From the NCBI GenBank assembly GCA_002633005.1, contig NMRA01000014.1, forward strand, positions 1,398,838-1,462,837: DNA of 64,000 bases, in the 5' to 3' direction. The notes under the pieces were generated by a model. That model was given only the letters and a program-made list of their open reading frames with translations. It had not been told where the DNA came from and made no database searches. A program made the position numbers and the translations under genes. The stretch is from Phoronis australis (lineage: Eukaryota; Animalia; Phoronida). This document shows positions 37,495 to 49,499 of the stretch, piece after piece (the stretch's first letter is position 1; each line of letters starts with the position of its first letter).

Positions 37495-39774
37495 CTATAC
37501 CAGAGGACTAGCAATGAGGACGTAATGCCTGCTTTCATTTTCGTCTATTAGATGGACGTCAAACAGTGCCCCGTCTGTCGCTATTGTCTTATACACGGAA
37601 AATGGAGTGTAGGTATGCCCTGGCTCCAGAGCCTGCTCGGCAAATTCAACGAGTCGAAGAATAAAGTCAAAGTCCATAACTAACGTAGTTATTGGTGTTA
37701 TTGGAAGGGGTCCATCGTACACATTCTTCTTCTGGTAGTATTGTGTGTTCATTTTTTTATTAACGTCACTGTGAAGGTGATGAAATCCCGCTAACCTTGG
37801 TCTGATAATGTACTGCAGACCCGCTATTGTCTTCAGCCTGTTGATCATATCAATGTCCTCCGCGCCCCAGTTAAAACCCCATCGGGGGTCGAAACCCCCG
37901 GACTGTTCATAATCCTTCAAACACATACCTACCATTCCGTATCCAGCGTTTACCCAATATCCACCGCTGGATGACGAACCACTGAGAACTTTATAACAAA
38001 TAGGCGCATAAGCGGTGATACCGCACCTCACGTTTCTTCGTAGAATGTCACTGAAATTACTCGGCAGTATCATTGACGTGTCCACAGTAAATACTATCGG
38101 ATTTGACCGATTTTTGCTGATAGCTAATTGACTAACAAGTTCAATTCCGGTTTTAAGGCCAATGGAACGCGAGAAGGGTGCACCCAGATATAGCAAGTGT
38201 ACGTTCAATCCTTCACTTGGCAACGAAGACAACGAGACACGATTCTCCAGAGAGCTCATGTCTACGATAACAACAGAACTATGGACATAATCTTGTTTAG
38301 AGCTTGCTAACTGAGATACAATACGATGAAGATAGTCACCATCATTAGCTACTGCCACAACGTAAAACACGTGTTTGTTGATCACACGACCAACACGTGA
38401 CACCCTCCAGAGGCGCTCTGCCATGGGACAAGAGTCATTATAACTCAGTATATCAAAAGGAATAATGAAGTTTTCATTATCATACTTCTTCCAACGGTCA
38501 TATTCCACTTCAAGCTCCCCAGTCAACCTTGACAGACATTCGTGATGTTTAGTGTATTGGATACTAGTATATCGTGATCGCTTGCGGGGTCTGACCCAAT
38601 GCCAACTAGCTCGGTGCGAGTTGATTCTGAGTAAAATGGTAGACAAAAATGAGCTGTACCTTCCATCATGCCTAGACAGTGTTCTGGCGGCAGCAAACTT
38701 GTATTCCGCAACACCCTCACCATTCATCCAGATTTGTTTACCCGTTTCATCCGTAATTCTCGTGAGATTCCACTTCTTAAACACATACGGCACCAGGTTG
38801 TACCACCTTCGCTTGCGCGTCTCTGAATATTCTTTGCTATGCGCAGACTCTTCCTGGCACTCGATTTTGTTATGGATAATGTGAATATCTGAACAACTCA
38901 CTAGCTTCAGTTGGTGTGACCTTGCATTTAACAAGAAGTCGTAATGGTCATTGTTTTTGAGGTAAGGGTCCCAGCCAGACCTAATTAACGTTTCCGTTCT
39001 GGCGATGAAGAATTGTTGAATTATGTCTGTCCGTACACAGGTGGGTGTACTCATTTTAACTGTGTTACCATAACTAGTTATGTTGGGGAACATTATCAGG
39101 TGACCGTCATCCAGTAGAAACGCCCCCTTACTTCGTCCACACGTACCATAATCGCATCTTGTGGGTGCAAGGACATGAGCACCTGTTGCGATGAAATAAG
39201 ACGCCATTTTAATCAAATCATCTGTCTTATCGAGAGTGTAATCGTCGTCACTGATGATAATATATTCATACCCGGCGTCATGGATATGTTGAACCAGGCT
39301 ATTCCTGCCATAGGCGACTCCAGTTTCTGGTGGAAGCCTCAAATACTGTATTCCAGGCTCAGCACTCAATACGTCATCATAACTATCGTCTGCCACAAAT
39401 ATCGGCAGGTAGGGATAATAGCTCTTGAAAGACTTAATTGTCCTTTTAACGCAGTGAGGGCGATTAAAAGTCTTGATTCCAACAGCAAGTCTTTTCAGTA
39501 TGTAGCCAGGAGTGACACCTAAGGTATATTCCCCAATCTTTACACTGATTGGCTCTTCAGTTGTGTTGTGTTTTAGATATCTCAGTTCCGTCGGATATTC
39601 ACGCGTCTCATCGTCTATTGCATCTACGAACTTTATCGATCTTTGTGCGTCCTGCTTATGATGGTTTTTCACCAGAGGTCCCATCTTTCGAGTATAGCTT
39701 AAATAGTATGTTTCTATCACGAATCCGGAAATGAGCAAAAACAGGACACACCCTGTGACAATGCGACGAATCAT
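37495..39774 (-). CDS. Intronless type II membrane two-domain glycosyltransferase: B4GALNT1/2-like GT-A domain plus B4GALNT3/4 / chondroitin-GalNAcT-like (GT7) domain
   Basis: 796-codon ORF (upstream ATG 39885). Likely start is MIRR at 39774, followed by a TM segment. Domain 1: IKTFNR, VADDS, GVAYGRN, ISDDDY, FFIART, GWDP. Domain 2: FSRSIGL, AYAPI, GYWVNAGYGMVG, GGFD, WGAED, FHHLHS. Confidence 0.88.
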   Translation of the reverse strand: MIRRIVTGCVLFLLISGFVIETYYLSYTRKMGPLVKNHHKQDAQRSIKFVDAIDDETREYPTELRYLKHNTTEEPISVKIGEYTLGVTPGYILKRLAVGIKTFNRPHCVKRTIKSFKSYYPYLPIFVADDSYDDVLSAEPGIQYLRLPPETGVAYGRNSLVQHIHDAGYEYIIISDDDYTLDKTDDLIKMASYFIATGAHVLAPTRCDYGTCGRSKGAFLLDDGHLIMFPNITSYGNTVKMSTPTCVRTDIIQQFFIARTETLIRSGWDPYLKNNDHYDFLLNARSHQLKLVSCSDIHIIHNKIECQEESAHSKEYSETRKRRWYNLVPYVFKKWNLTRITDETGKQIWMNGEGVAEYKFAAARTLSRHDGRYSSFLSTILLRINSHRASWHWVRPRKRSRYTSIQYTKHHECLSRLTGELEVEYDRWKKYDNENFIIPFDILSYNDSCPMAERLWRVSRVGRVINKHVFYVVAVANDGDYLHRIVSQLASSKQDYVHSSVVIVDMSSLENRVSLSSLPSEGLNVHLLYLGAPFSRSIGLKTGIELVSQLAISKNRSNPIVFTVDTSMILPSNFSDILRRNVRCGITAYAPICYKVLSGSSSSGGYWVNAGYGMVGMCLKDYEQSGGFDPRWGFNWGAEDIDMINRLKTIAGLQYIIRPRLAGFHHLHSDVNKKMNTQYYQKKNVYDGPLPITPITTLVMDFDFILRLVEFAEQALEPGHTYTPFSVYKTIATDGALFDVHLIDENESRHYVLIASPLV

Positions 39775-39880
39775 CCTTTTCCTAGACCACTGTAATCTAA
39801 TAGTATGGTGCCCTGGAATGAAAGTGCACTGATTGTTAGTGGTAACAGAGCCACACGAATCCACTTTTGCACATGCCTTC

Positions 39881-39956
39881 GGCATGGGCGGCGCACCATA
39901 GGGAGCTGGGGGCGGCGGCTATAGCCCCACTTTTTCAGTACTGCGCTGCCCATGCC
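39881..39956. mobile_element. Tiny hairpin MITE overlapping the upstream ATG of the glycosyltransferase ORF
   Basis: GGCATGGGCGGCGCA...TGCGCTGCCCATGCC inverted ends. Confidence 0.55.
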
Positions 39957-41239
39957 TCAAACCGGATGAGAAAAAGTTGAGAACAACAAAGGGAAGAACT
40001 TACATGTATTGTTAAATGTAGCGGGTAATATTATTGAAAGTCGGATGTGTGAAACTCAGCGAGATTCACTGGAGTTTAATGCCAAGTATACAGTAGTGCC
40101 TAATAATTTTGCGAGAACGAGTGTTTTTACTGCAATACCAAGATAACTGAAGAGGAAGTGCAAGTACACAAAATGTTATTTTTCAATAAAATAAAAAAGT
40201 TGCACTTGTTACAACAACGCGTAAGCTTATGTCACTAACTAAAGCAACGGTGATCGTTCGTAACTTATGTAACTACGCAAGGTCTACTAGCAAAACACAT
40301 CTTTGGTATGACCAAGTATCCGAATGTAATTTATACCTTTCGGCTATACATAAAATATACCCGAAAAGTGTTAAAACAATCATCTCGAGTCCAATGACTT
40401 ACCCTGAGAATCCTATTCACTGTCTGTCTCAGGGTTAACCTTAACTATAACCTTCTCAGCGATAACGCGAGAGTTTCTATCAGCCACCTACACGATCACA
40501 TCAGATGCTTGGATTCTCGCGATCACATGGCGAAAATTACTGGGTCTGTCACCGAGGCGGACACTCGTGCTGATTTATCAGTATAGTACTGTGGTTTAAG
40601 ATGGTGGTGTCTTCCAAGACATCAGTCGAGTGCATTTATTAGTTCAAAGTGTTTATTTCCGTCCACACTAGCCTCTATGCATATATGTGCACAACAACAA
40701 CAAGCATTTGGCTTGACACACATTCATTCACCTTCTCTACATATTAGAAAGTTACAGTTATCTTTTTGAAAATTGGCAGCCGTGAGTTGTGAAAACAACT
40801 ACAAAAAGCAGAGTAAGACGTCGATATAGTTGTTCTTCCATTGCACTTTAATTACTACACACATTTATGAGATGAATTAACCATCTTCACTGTTCTTGAT
40901 GTGTTATCAAATCTCATTCAGTCGGCCCTCCTATACCCGGTGGTATTAACAGCAAAAATCCTACTAAAAGTTGTTATTACAACACAATAGACCACACCCA
41001 GTCATTGACCCTCGGTCAGTACTCGAAAAAGAGCAGCGTCAGGATTCACCAGTTATGAGTGGAACAGGAAACCAGAAAACATGTAGAAGACCTCTTACTG
41101 AACAGCGTGAACCAAGAATACAACAGGATATATATAAGTTCAGTTGTGTATTACTTTAAATTGGTATTCACTCCATACGAATCTATTTTTCAACTAAAAC
41201 CAATACAAAATATTTGTTAACAGCATTTGACTAAAATCA

Positions 41240-42082
41240 CAGTGGCGGATCTAGGATATCACAAGGGGTGTCGGCCCCCTCCCGCCCAGAAAAATTTTTC
41301 TGTTTTTTCCTCTAAAAATCAAGCATTTTCCTTGATTCCTGAAGTATTATCCAAGAAAAAAAGGCAAAGAAAAAAAAAAACAAAAAAAACGGAATGTGTC
41401 AAACATGGAAAACGGCAATGATCACAGACTCGAACTCAAGACCTGACGGATAGAGTGCGCGCGCTTTACCACTGCACCACCACGACTTCACTCATGATCT
41501 TGATAATAAGAGATCTACTTGTTTATGGTCCACAGCGTTTGCGCGCGAAACCTACTTTTTTGTAATGCTTATTACACTTTTTATATTTGTGCAATTAGTT
41601 CGTAACAAATTTTTTGTATTTAAAATAGTCTTCAATTGCCCAAAAGAGCAAATCCGTTTTTTGTGTTGGCATTAATGACGCAGCTGCTTTGGAAATCGTC
41701 TTAAGTTAAGGTTTGACAAAGAGAGAATTATGAGTTTCTGAGTGATTCACTAGGGCTTCGATTAAAATTGACATCTTACTAGCAGCTTCTGTTTTTTCAT
41801 CGTCACTCAGATTCCATTTACTTTAAAAAATGAAGTAATTTTCTTCATTGCACAGTAAAGCAGACGACGGAAACGGAGTCGTAGTGCGCAGCGCCACTGC
41901 CGGTCGCCTGGGATATCGCGGGAGAGCCTATACTTAGCCATAGTTTCGTTACGATTGAGCCGTGTTCCGAATTTGACNGGTTAATTAATAAACTCAACAT
42001 TTCCCTACGTTCTTGCTGTTTTATTTTTTGCGGCAGCCAAGGGGGGGGGGCGGGCCCCCTGCCCCCCCTAAATCCGCCTGTG
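41240..42082. mobile_element. MITE, CAGTGGCGGAT family
   Basis: CAGTGGCGGATCTAGG...CTAAATCCGCCTGTG; flanks AAATCA/TAATCA; internal tRNA-like segment at ~41425-41485 (-). Confidence 0.6.
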
Positions 42083-42394
42083 TAATCATATTGAAATGTC
42101 TCCGCATAATTTCTGCAACCTATAAGTGTACCACAATGCCATTCCTCAATTGATTTTGGTGACAGACAGTAAAAGTGAACGTTAGCACAGAAGCGCCTCC
42201 TGTTCACTTCACCAGATGGCGCACAGGCAACAGATGGAAGTGTGACTAGGTATTTGTCAAATGCAACAAAACAATTAGACCAGTCATTCTAAGGATGACT
42301 AGGAAAAATGCAACAGAAGGTTTTATTGCATACATCATATTTTCAAACACCCTTAGTGTGAGAATAAAAAAGTTTACAGGAATGGGTGGGGTGG

Positions 42395-44693
42395 CAGTGG
42401 CGGATCTACGTTTTCAGTAAAAGGGGGTTTAGGATTGCCGCAAAGGTCGAATCCTACTAGTAGGCGCGTGGCGCCGATCGGGGGAGGTCGGGAGGGGGTA
42501 ATTTTTTGTTTTTGTAGCCACATAGTGAAATTTCCATGCATCCTGGTAAGTTTCTAGCACTTAACATATCTCTGGAGTTTTTCTTAAGATAATTAAAAAC
42601 CCTTCTCGATTTCATCACGTGAACTTAGCTCATAAGTTTCGTGAAACCATATTGTGCACATCTGGGTGTGAGTCACGCCACCAGCAATTTTTTTGTTGGA
42701 ACATCTGCTTACACACACCTTTTTTAGCATACGAAAAGTCGTATACCAAAAAGTGTAGTGTGTATACAGGGGTTTAGACAACTTCCAAATATTCAAGAGC
42801 ATAAGGAGCACCGACGGGGCGTAAAAACTTGAATATCAGATGATCGCGTAACAGCAGCCTCAAGTTGTTAAAGAACGAAGACCTGTACTGTTACTCCGGA
42901 AATAAACATGGCGAACGATGGTGCTCTCAGCTCATAGTCTATTATTAAAAGCGACAATAAATAATTAAGCATCACTTTATTAAGCTGAATCACGTTGACA
43001 ACAATTGAAAAACGTCAAATGTTTCAGGAAACAAATCATCTGAAAACAGTTTCACGAAACCAAAACATCCTGTGCACAGTGGTGAAAAGATATACTGGAC
43101 TAGTTTGCACAGGGACCAGATGTACACTGAGAGTACACAAAAAGGCTGACCTGGTCCGTCACGAGACCAAAAGTACACCTGTGCTTATTATCCCTATAAA
43201 AATAGTCGATCTGTCGCGGGACCAAACAGTAGGCCTACTGGCTGAGATAAATAGTTTTACAAAGCAAACTTTGGTAAAAAAATTACAAGACTAGTTCGCC
43301 GAGGGACCAGAAGTACACTGAAACTCAACATCTACACAAGTCAAGCTGGCCTGGTCCGTCGCGAGACCTACAGTGTACTGTGCAAAAAATTTTGAATTGA
43401 AAACTTCTCTCTAGACACTAATCCCCAGCGGTTACTCATACGTTAGTCATATCCTTCTGTTGTCTAGACTGCCGAGGAATCTGTATATCGGATCCAATGG
43501 TTTCTCGTCTTGGAACCATTCTACCCAGATACCTTCGATGTTTGTTCCCAACGCTTGCACTTCGTCAACTGCTGTGTCAATGAGCTTGTAAGCCTCTACA
43601 ATGTCAGCATCTCGTTTCGCAGCTCAGTTGGCACTAAGACCCTTGAGGTTGCCAAGTCCATTCAAGACTTACATGCGCAACTAAATTTGATCCGCTCATC
43701 ATGGACTACTTCAAACCTTGACGATGTATCCCAGGACCTATTTGCATCTCTTGCAATTTTCGAAATAAACGTCCCAATGTCTGAACGCTTGAAACCCGAA
43801 GTACTAACATCAAATAAATGCCCACGGACATGAGCGTTTCATCGGGTGGGCCTTTCTACGGAAATTCCCAGAATCAAGGCGGCAGTGTTCTTATTGCAGG
43901 TAGAAAGACGGTAGGTGTTGAGGTCGGAACTATAGGGCTCCTTAGGAGGCCTATTGAACATCGCCCGAGTCCCGCAAGACTTTGTTGTGAAAGAATAGCC
44001 TCCCCGCAATTTCTGGTACTGTACACTGTTTGCGAATGCCGTCACTTTGTCAATGTGAGTCCCACCTTGGTCATACCTTGTATAGACATAACTTGTTAGA
44101 GTCAGTGTATCTTCAAACGGACTCGCAACCAGACCACGGCGCCCGCCACAATAGCAATTCTTCGGAAAAAGAACTTTTTTCAAAAATATTACATGTACAT
44201 GTACACTGTATGATATTGCGCAAGACAACTTTACTATGCATCAGTTACAAACGTGTGGAGTGTAATAGAATGACACGGCATGACAGATGAGGTAAAAACG
44301 TTGCACGTCAATTCGCCTGAATATCAGGGTTGCTGCACCACAGTATTTCCCCTAATCAAAAAAAAAAAATATCATAGAATAAAGAAGCTAGTTACCTAAA
44401 GAAATCAGCTATAGAGCTGCTCTTTCAGCGGTGGATCCATCTAAAATGCGCACAATTGATCTCCGCGCGTTTTGCCGATGAGCCACGAAGACTAAGCAAT
44501 TCACAATGCAAAAAATTATATTTTCATAGTGACCCCCCTCATTTTTTCCAGGTTGGATTACTTGGGGTTTACACACGCTAGCGGTGCCGTTTTTGTTTTG
44601 CTGGAGACGTTTTTGTTTGTTTTTTTATTTTTGGGTCCTGGCCCAAGCCAGGGGGGTTTAAAGCCCATGAACCACCCCGTAGATCCGCCACTG
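42395..44693 (-). mobile_element. hAT-like element with 5-bp TSD nested in the Academ end; decayed transposase
   Basis: Perfect 16-bp TIR CAGTGGCGGATCTACG; TSD GGTGG on both sides; - strand ~43430-43660 reads ...RDADIVEAYKLID...EWF...IPRQSRQQ, resembling ZMYM1/THAP12-type hAT transposases. Confidence 0.75.
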
Positions 44694-47237
44694 GGTGGAA
44701 TTGACGGTGGACAAAATGGCAGCCAAATTTGTAGATATCCATTACTCGAGAGTGGAATGTGATAGAGTAAAAATTCTAAAATTTTTACCTATCTTTTGAA
44801 AGTCAACAAATCCATTAAAAATGATTTTGCATGACCATGGTGAAAACGTCCGCCATTTTCCAAGATGGCCGCCAAAACTAATTCGAGTAGCAAGACAACT
44901 GACTTCAGAACGAACATATGAGTGTGGTGTACGTCTTAATTTAAACATTGCATCATAGGTTTTATGGGTCGACTAATCCATTGAGCCTCATTGTGTTTGG
45001 TTGTAGAGATTACCTCCGGCATTTTCTAAGATGGCCAAATAGTTGCTTTTATGTAAATGAAGAACTTCAGATGAGCTAGACACGCCATCTTCACAGATTT
45101 CATATTCTTAGTTTTTTAGGTCAACACCTCCATTAAAACAATTTTTGTATAGCCCTGATGATTACACTACCATTTTCAATGACGTTCAACGAATAATAAC
45201 TTATTTGGGTGAAAAACAGAATCGCCTGGACTGAAGGGTCACTCTGCTCTTGAAAAAAAGTGCTCTATCGAAAATAATTCTTTGTGATTAATTTAATGGT
45301 CTACTCGCCTCACCAGTTGATCGTCTGTGTCACCTCCAGTTAACTGTAAATGTGTGTAAATACAGCAATACTTGAGACAGGAGAAAGGTACACTCCAGGT
45401 CCGTTTAGCAAGTTAAACAGTACTTTCTAAGCGTTTGTAGGCCTACAGCGCCCGCTGGTCTTCTCTTCAGTGATGTTACAAGTCTGTCCAAAGCAGTAAT
45501 TCTCAGTTTGTGGTCAAATGTCTATACACCATCAACCAGTATTTTCACAACTAGTCTACGGCAACTGAGAATGCATTGCTGCAGCTTATACCATGGCATT
45601 CTCCGTTTTTGCAACCAAAAAAGACAATCCTAACTTCTTGCAAGGACTTCTTCTGAAACTGGAGTTGGTCTTGCAAGAGCATCTTACTACCTTCTGCAGC
45701 TTCTCTGATGCTGCTAGCTGTTTTGTCGTCACGGGAATGAGTTTAAAACCCGCCAGTATCTATCTCAAGTCTCTAGGCCACTGCCACGGAAACTTGACCA
45801 CTCTTGCACTTGATAGTATGTCCTGGCAGCATGGAATTTAGCTGCTGACGCAGTTGGTGACAATTACTGTATATGGACTGGGGCTACGCTTTTTCACAAA
45901 TTGCCACTATCGCATGTCAACCAAATTTCCCGAGCCACCACCGCTCTAAAACATAATTATTAAACCAGCTTCAAACATGTCTTGCTTCAGCTACATGGGT
46001 CTGGAGAATATTCCAGTTATTTCCTAGAATCGCGATCACGCAGTTTCTTGAATGGTAGCCAGCCTTGCCAATATCAAACACCCGTGATGTTGTATCGCAG
46101 CCACCTATTGCATGCGCAAATGGCAAAAGCGCACAAGTTTCGGCACCAAGAAACAACTGTAGTTTCTTGATGACCTAGACTCCTCTTGTCAGATTTCATG
46201 AGCAACGGAAATTGTTGTGAAGTAGTATAACACAAAAGAACCATCGTCTGCAATAAAGGTAGTATGACTTGTGCTACGTTCTCTACCGTTGTTTTTACAA
46301 TTAAAACGCCTGAGCATGTACCACTGTGCAACCAGCTTTCCTTGCAAACTTGACAAGAAGTGAATGAACCTTTGCTTGTTTTTGGTGTTTGCCAAAAAAT
46401 GCTCCTTTGATTTGATCACCATGTCACCGTTGAAGTGAACTTCAGTTCCAACCACCAAGCTCAGTGTTCGAAGATGAGAGACATCTTTAGTTGATGGGCC
46501 ACCTCCATGACCCTCAAAAACAACAATAGGCTGGATGTTCTTGCTGACGTAATCCACAAGCTCTGCCAACTGACAGAAAAGTTGCACCTCTAGGTCATGG
46601 AATACGGTGAAGGAGAAATCCGCCGTCTATTACATGCATCCCTGTGTTTTCTGGAAATTTGCAATAGTCAGGTAGTCCATTGGACCAGTGTGCATCAAAA
46701 AGAGCGGGGGAACCAATACACAGCTCAAACTTCAAAAGGCTTGATAAAACTTTCACTGTCTTTTGCATCGGCCAGTAATCGCTGGAATAGCAGTTGTGCA
46801 TCCATTTGTGTAAAATCAGTAATGGGAACATGGACTAATGGACTTTCATACTCGACCGCTCCATAGACAATAGATTCCCTGACATTTTCGGCATTGACGC
46901 GTATACTTGCAGTCACACCAGTGGCGTTGTTCTATAACCTTTCTCTTTCAAATGGGATTCAGTTGTGAAGCTTAAGAGTTCAGGAAGGCTGGGTATGTCT
47001 TTGTCATCCCGAGACTGTCTCACTTGGGTACAATATGTTGTATACTAGTTTCTCAACTAAAGTTTGCCACACTCTGCATGGCACCATTTATACTTGAGCA
47101 TGCCGGCAAGGAACGCAACCACTGTGTACGTTGCCTATCTCCCATTCCACTATCTCTAGTTAAAACACCTGTTCATTTAATGGTTTTCATGCGCCTTTCT
47201 TTAGTTACAAGGTCAGATGACAAGCTTGCCCACAACC

Positions 47238-47484
47238 CATGCGCGCACCCAGGCTAAAGTATAGGGGGGCTCGACTTTTTCGGTGTGCGGACCTTTGAAC
47301 GAAATCAACGAGTACTAAAAAAAACGGGGCCTCTAGGTTCAGATCAGGCCCACGAATTGTGCATCCGCGCCGACTTTCCGTGGGATATTGTGGACTTTTG
47401 TCTCGTTTACTCGAACTTTTTGTTTCACTAAGGCGGACCTTTTTGCCTAATTCGCCAAATTGGGGGGGCTCCTTAGAGCCCATG
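47238..47484. mobile_element. MITE with CATGCGCGCACCCAGG end inserted in the Academ transposase
   Basis: Same left end as the 36827 copy; flanks CAACC/CAATC. Confidence 0.6.
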
Positions 47485-49130
47485 CAATCCGGCTGTCACT
47501 TCGTCTTACGGCACGGTGGCCGTTAACAGCTGCTGTATACTTCTGGATGGGTGTCTTTGAGTCGCTGCATCTGCTGCGTATGTATGCGAATTTTGCATAC
47601 GGGTTGTGACCTGCAGATGCAAAGTAAGGCATTTCAGAAACTCCTTCCATGTGAAGTTCCCAATCCGACGTTCTTGTTCGGGGGACGCTAAAAATGCCGG
47701 ATGAAAGATAAAAAATACTCCCACTTTCATACTCATTGGAAAAATTAATCATTATGACAATAAATTGTCATTGAAATTGCAGTTAAACTTTAAGTGCACA
47801 TTTTTCTCTCAAACGAGTTGCCTATGTTCATATTAAACCAGTTGTGAGTAATACATGTTAAACATTTAAGTATTAACTTCTTGTTACAGAAATTAACATA
47901 CTTTTCATCACATACAGGTAATATCAGCAAGGAGTATAGTACACTCCTTGATATCAGCAGCCAAATTTTCCTCTCATGTCAGCAGCAGACGAAATCTTTG
48001 GAAAGGAACAACTAATAATATCTCCAATAACAGAGAGCACAGCCACTTCCTGTCCAATGTGATTCAGTTAGTGTAATGAATAAGCCAATAATTCCACCAG
48101 AATTACATGTTTTTCTACCAAATATTATTTTTGTTACCTCAAATGAAAATATTTCATAGAAAAATAATTGAGTGTGCGAAATTTACTATGAAAATTCAAC
48201 AAAGCCTTGTCTGAATGAAAAACACCAACTTTTATGTTAAATAATATAAAATGTGATTAAAATTCCACATTTAGTATCTAAATGTTAAAAACAAATGTAG
48301 TAAACAATCAACTCATTAAGCTCGACTGCAGATTGTAAAATGTTTTTGCAGGTTACAAACAAATTTGGCAGTACACACATGCAGTAAATTGGGGTTTTGT
48401 GAGTTGGCGGACATTTTGTCAGCCATCTTGATTTTCTCTCTCTAACAAGTGACAAACTGTAAGATCCAGATATTTTCAGTAGTCTAACTCACAAAAGCAT
48501 TGTCAATTTTGCCATTTTCAGGGAAAAATATCAAAAGAAATTTTGCAACATGTACCAAATTGCAGTTTCGGCAGCCATTTTTTTTGGCCATATTGATTTC
48601 ATTTTGCTGAAAATTGGCATCTTTTATTTGGCATGACTGTTATGAGCAGTATATACATGCCAGAAAGCAGCAAACACTGGTATTGGTGGCCATTTTTTCT
48701 GCCACCTTGAAAAACCAACTTTCGCCACTCCGATTTTGATAGACACTAAGGGATGTTTGAAGACGCCATTTATGCAAAAGACGTTCTGTTGCAATTTTTT
48801 CTAGGTTGGGCCCTCTGCAGAATGACTGGACTACATCAGTTTTTGGAGACACCTAACGTTTTTGTAGACTCATATCATTTTTTCAATAAATTCATGATTA
48901 AAATACAAGAAAGTGTAAAAAAACAGCTAAAGCAATTGTGATATTGCTGGACAATTGAAACAAAAATGTGACAAAATTAAAACACAAATATGGAATTTCA
49001 TTCTCCAGTGCAGCTAAATCAAGATGAAATGAGTACAAAAAGATGACTGAATGAAAATAACACCATAAGGATTACTGGAGTACTTGAATAAGACAAACAT
49101 GAAAACAACTTAGAGTTGAGCCTTTAGCCT

Positions 49131-49136
49131 TTTATT
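49131..49136 (-). terminator. Probable USP39 polyadenylation signal
   Basis: TTTATT (AATAAA on the - strand) about 365 nt past the USP39 stop. Confidence 0.55.
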
Positions 49137-49499
49137 AAAATCTTTTGCATCAACATAGACCACTAATTGGTTGTTCACAGTTTAACAATTCAAGACCCCT
49201 TTCTTCCTCAGAGACACTACCAGAAGACATTTTAACAAGCTAGTGTGTCCCAGATGGTGTTCAATGGACTATTGGAACCAGTATACAAGATATGGAACCA
49301 CTTTCTGCGTTCTCTTTTGTATTAGCCAACGCAGACATGAATCACAGTTTTCTGCCTTTCACTAGCTTACACAGACATGAACTGACAAAAGCTAAACATA
49401 ACAAAACTGTTCGTAGTGAATGGAGCGCAGAGTACTTGATCTGAATTACATGTCCTTGCATGTACTTAATTGCTGCACTACACTGTAGATAAAAGGAGC

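Larger units (their letters stand above)
42300..48803 (-). mobile_element. Decayed AcademX-like DNA transposon with nested insertions
   Basis: ~60-bp imperfect TIRs beginning TAG (42300-42360 vs 48743-48803). Frameshifted - strand fragments: RTSDWELH...MPYFASAGHNPYAK, LLFQRL, HVIDGGFLLHRIP, FLANTKNKQRFI, HAIGGCDTTSRVFDIGK (XPG-like nuclease). No TSD recognised. Confidence 0.75.

Noticed and set aside
37495-39885. Functional link between the glycosyltransferase and the adjacent lectin gene
   Set aside because: Only adjacency supports it; animal neighbours are rarely co-functional and no shared regulatory evidence is visible.
42593-42811. Possible THAP zinc finger (CVSRCSN...MC..WFHE)
   Set aside because: Too degenerate, and positioned downstream of the transposase remnant; not supportable.
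43510-44290. Short + strand ORFs
   Set aside because: They lie inside the hAT-like element, partly antisense to its transposase remnant, and have no coding motifs.
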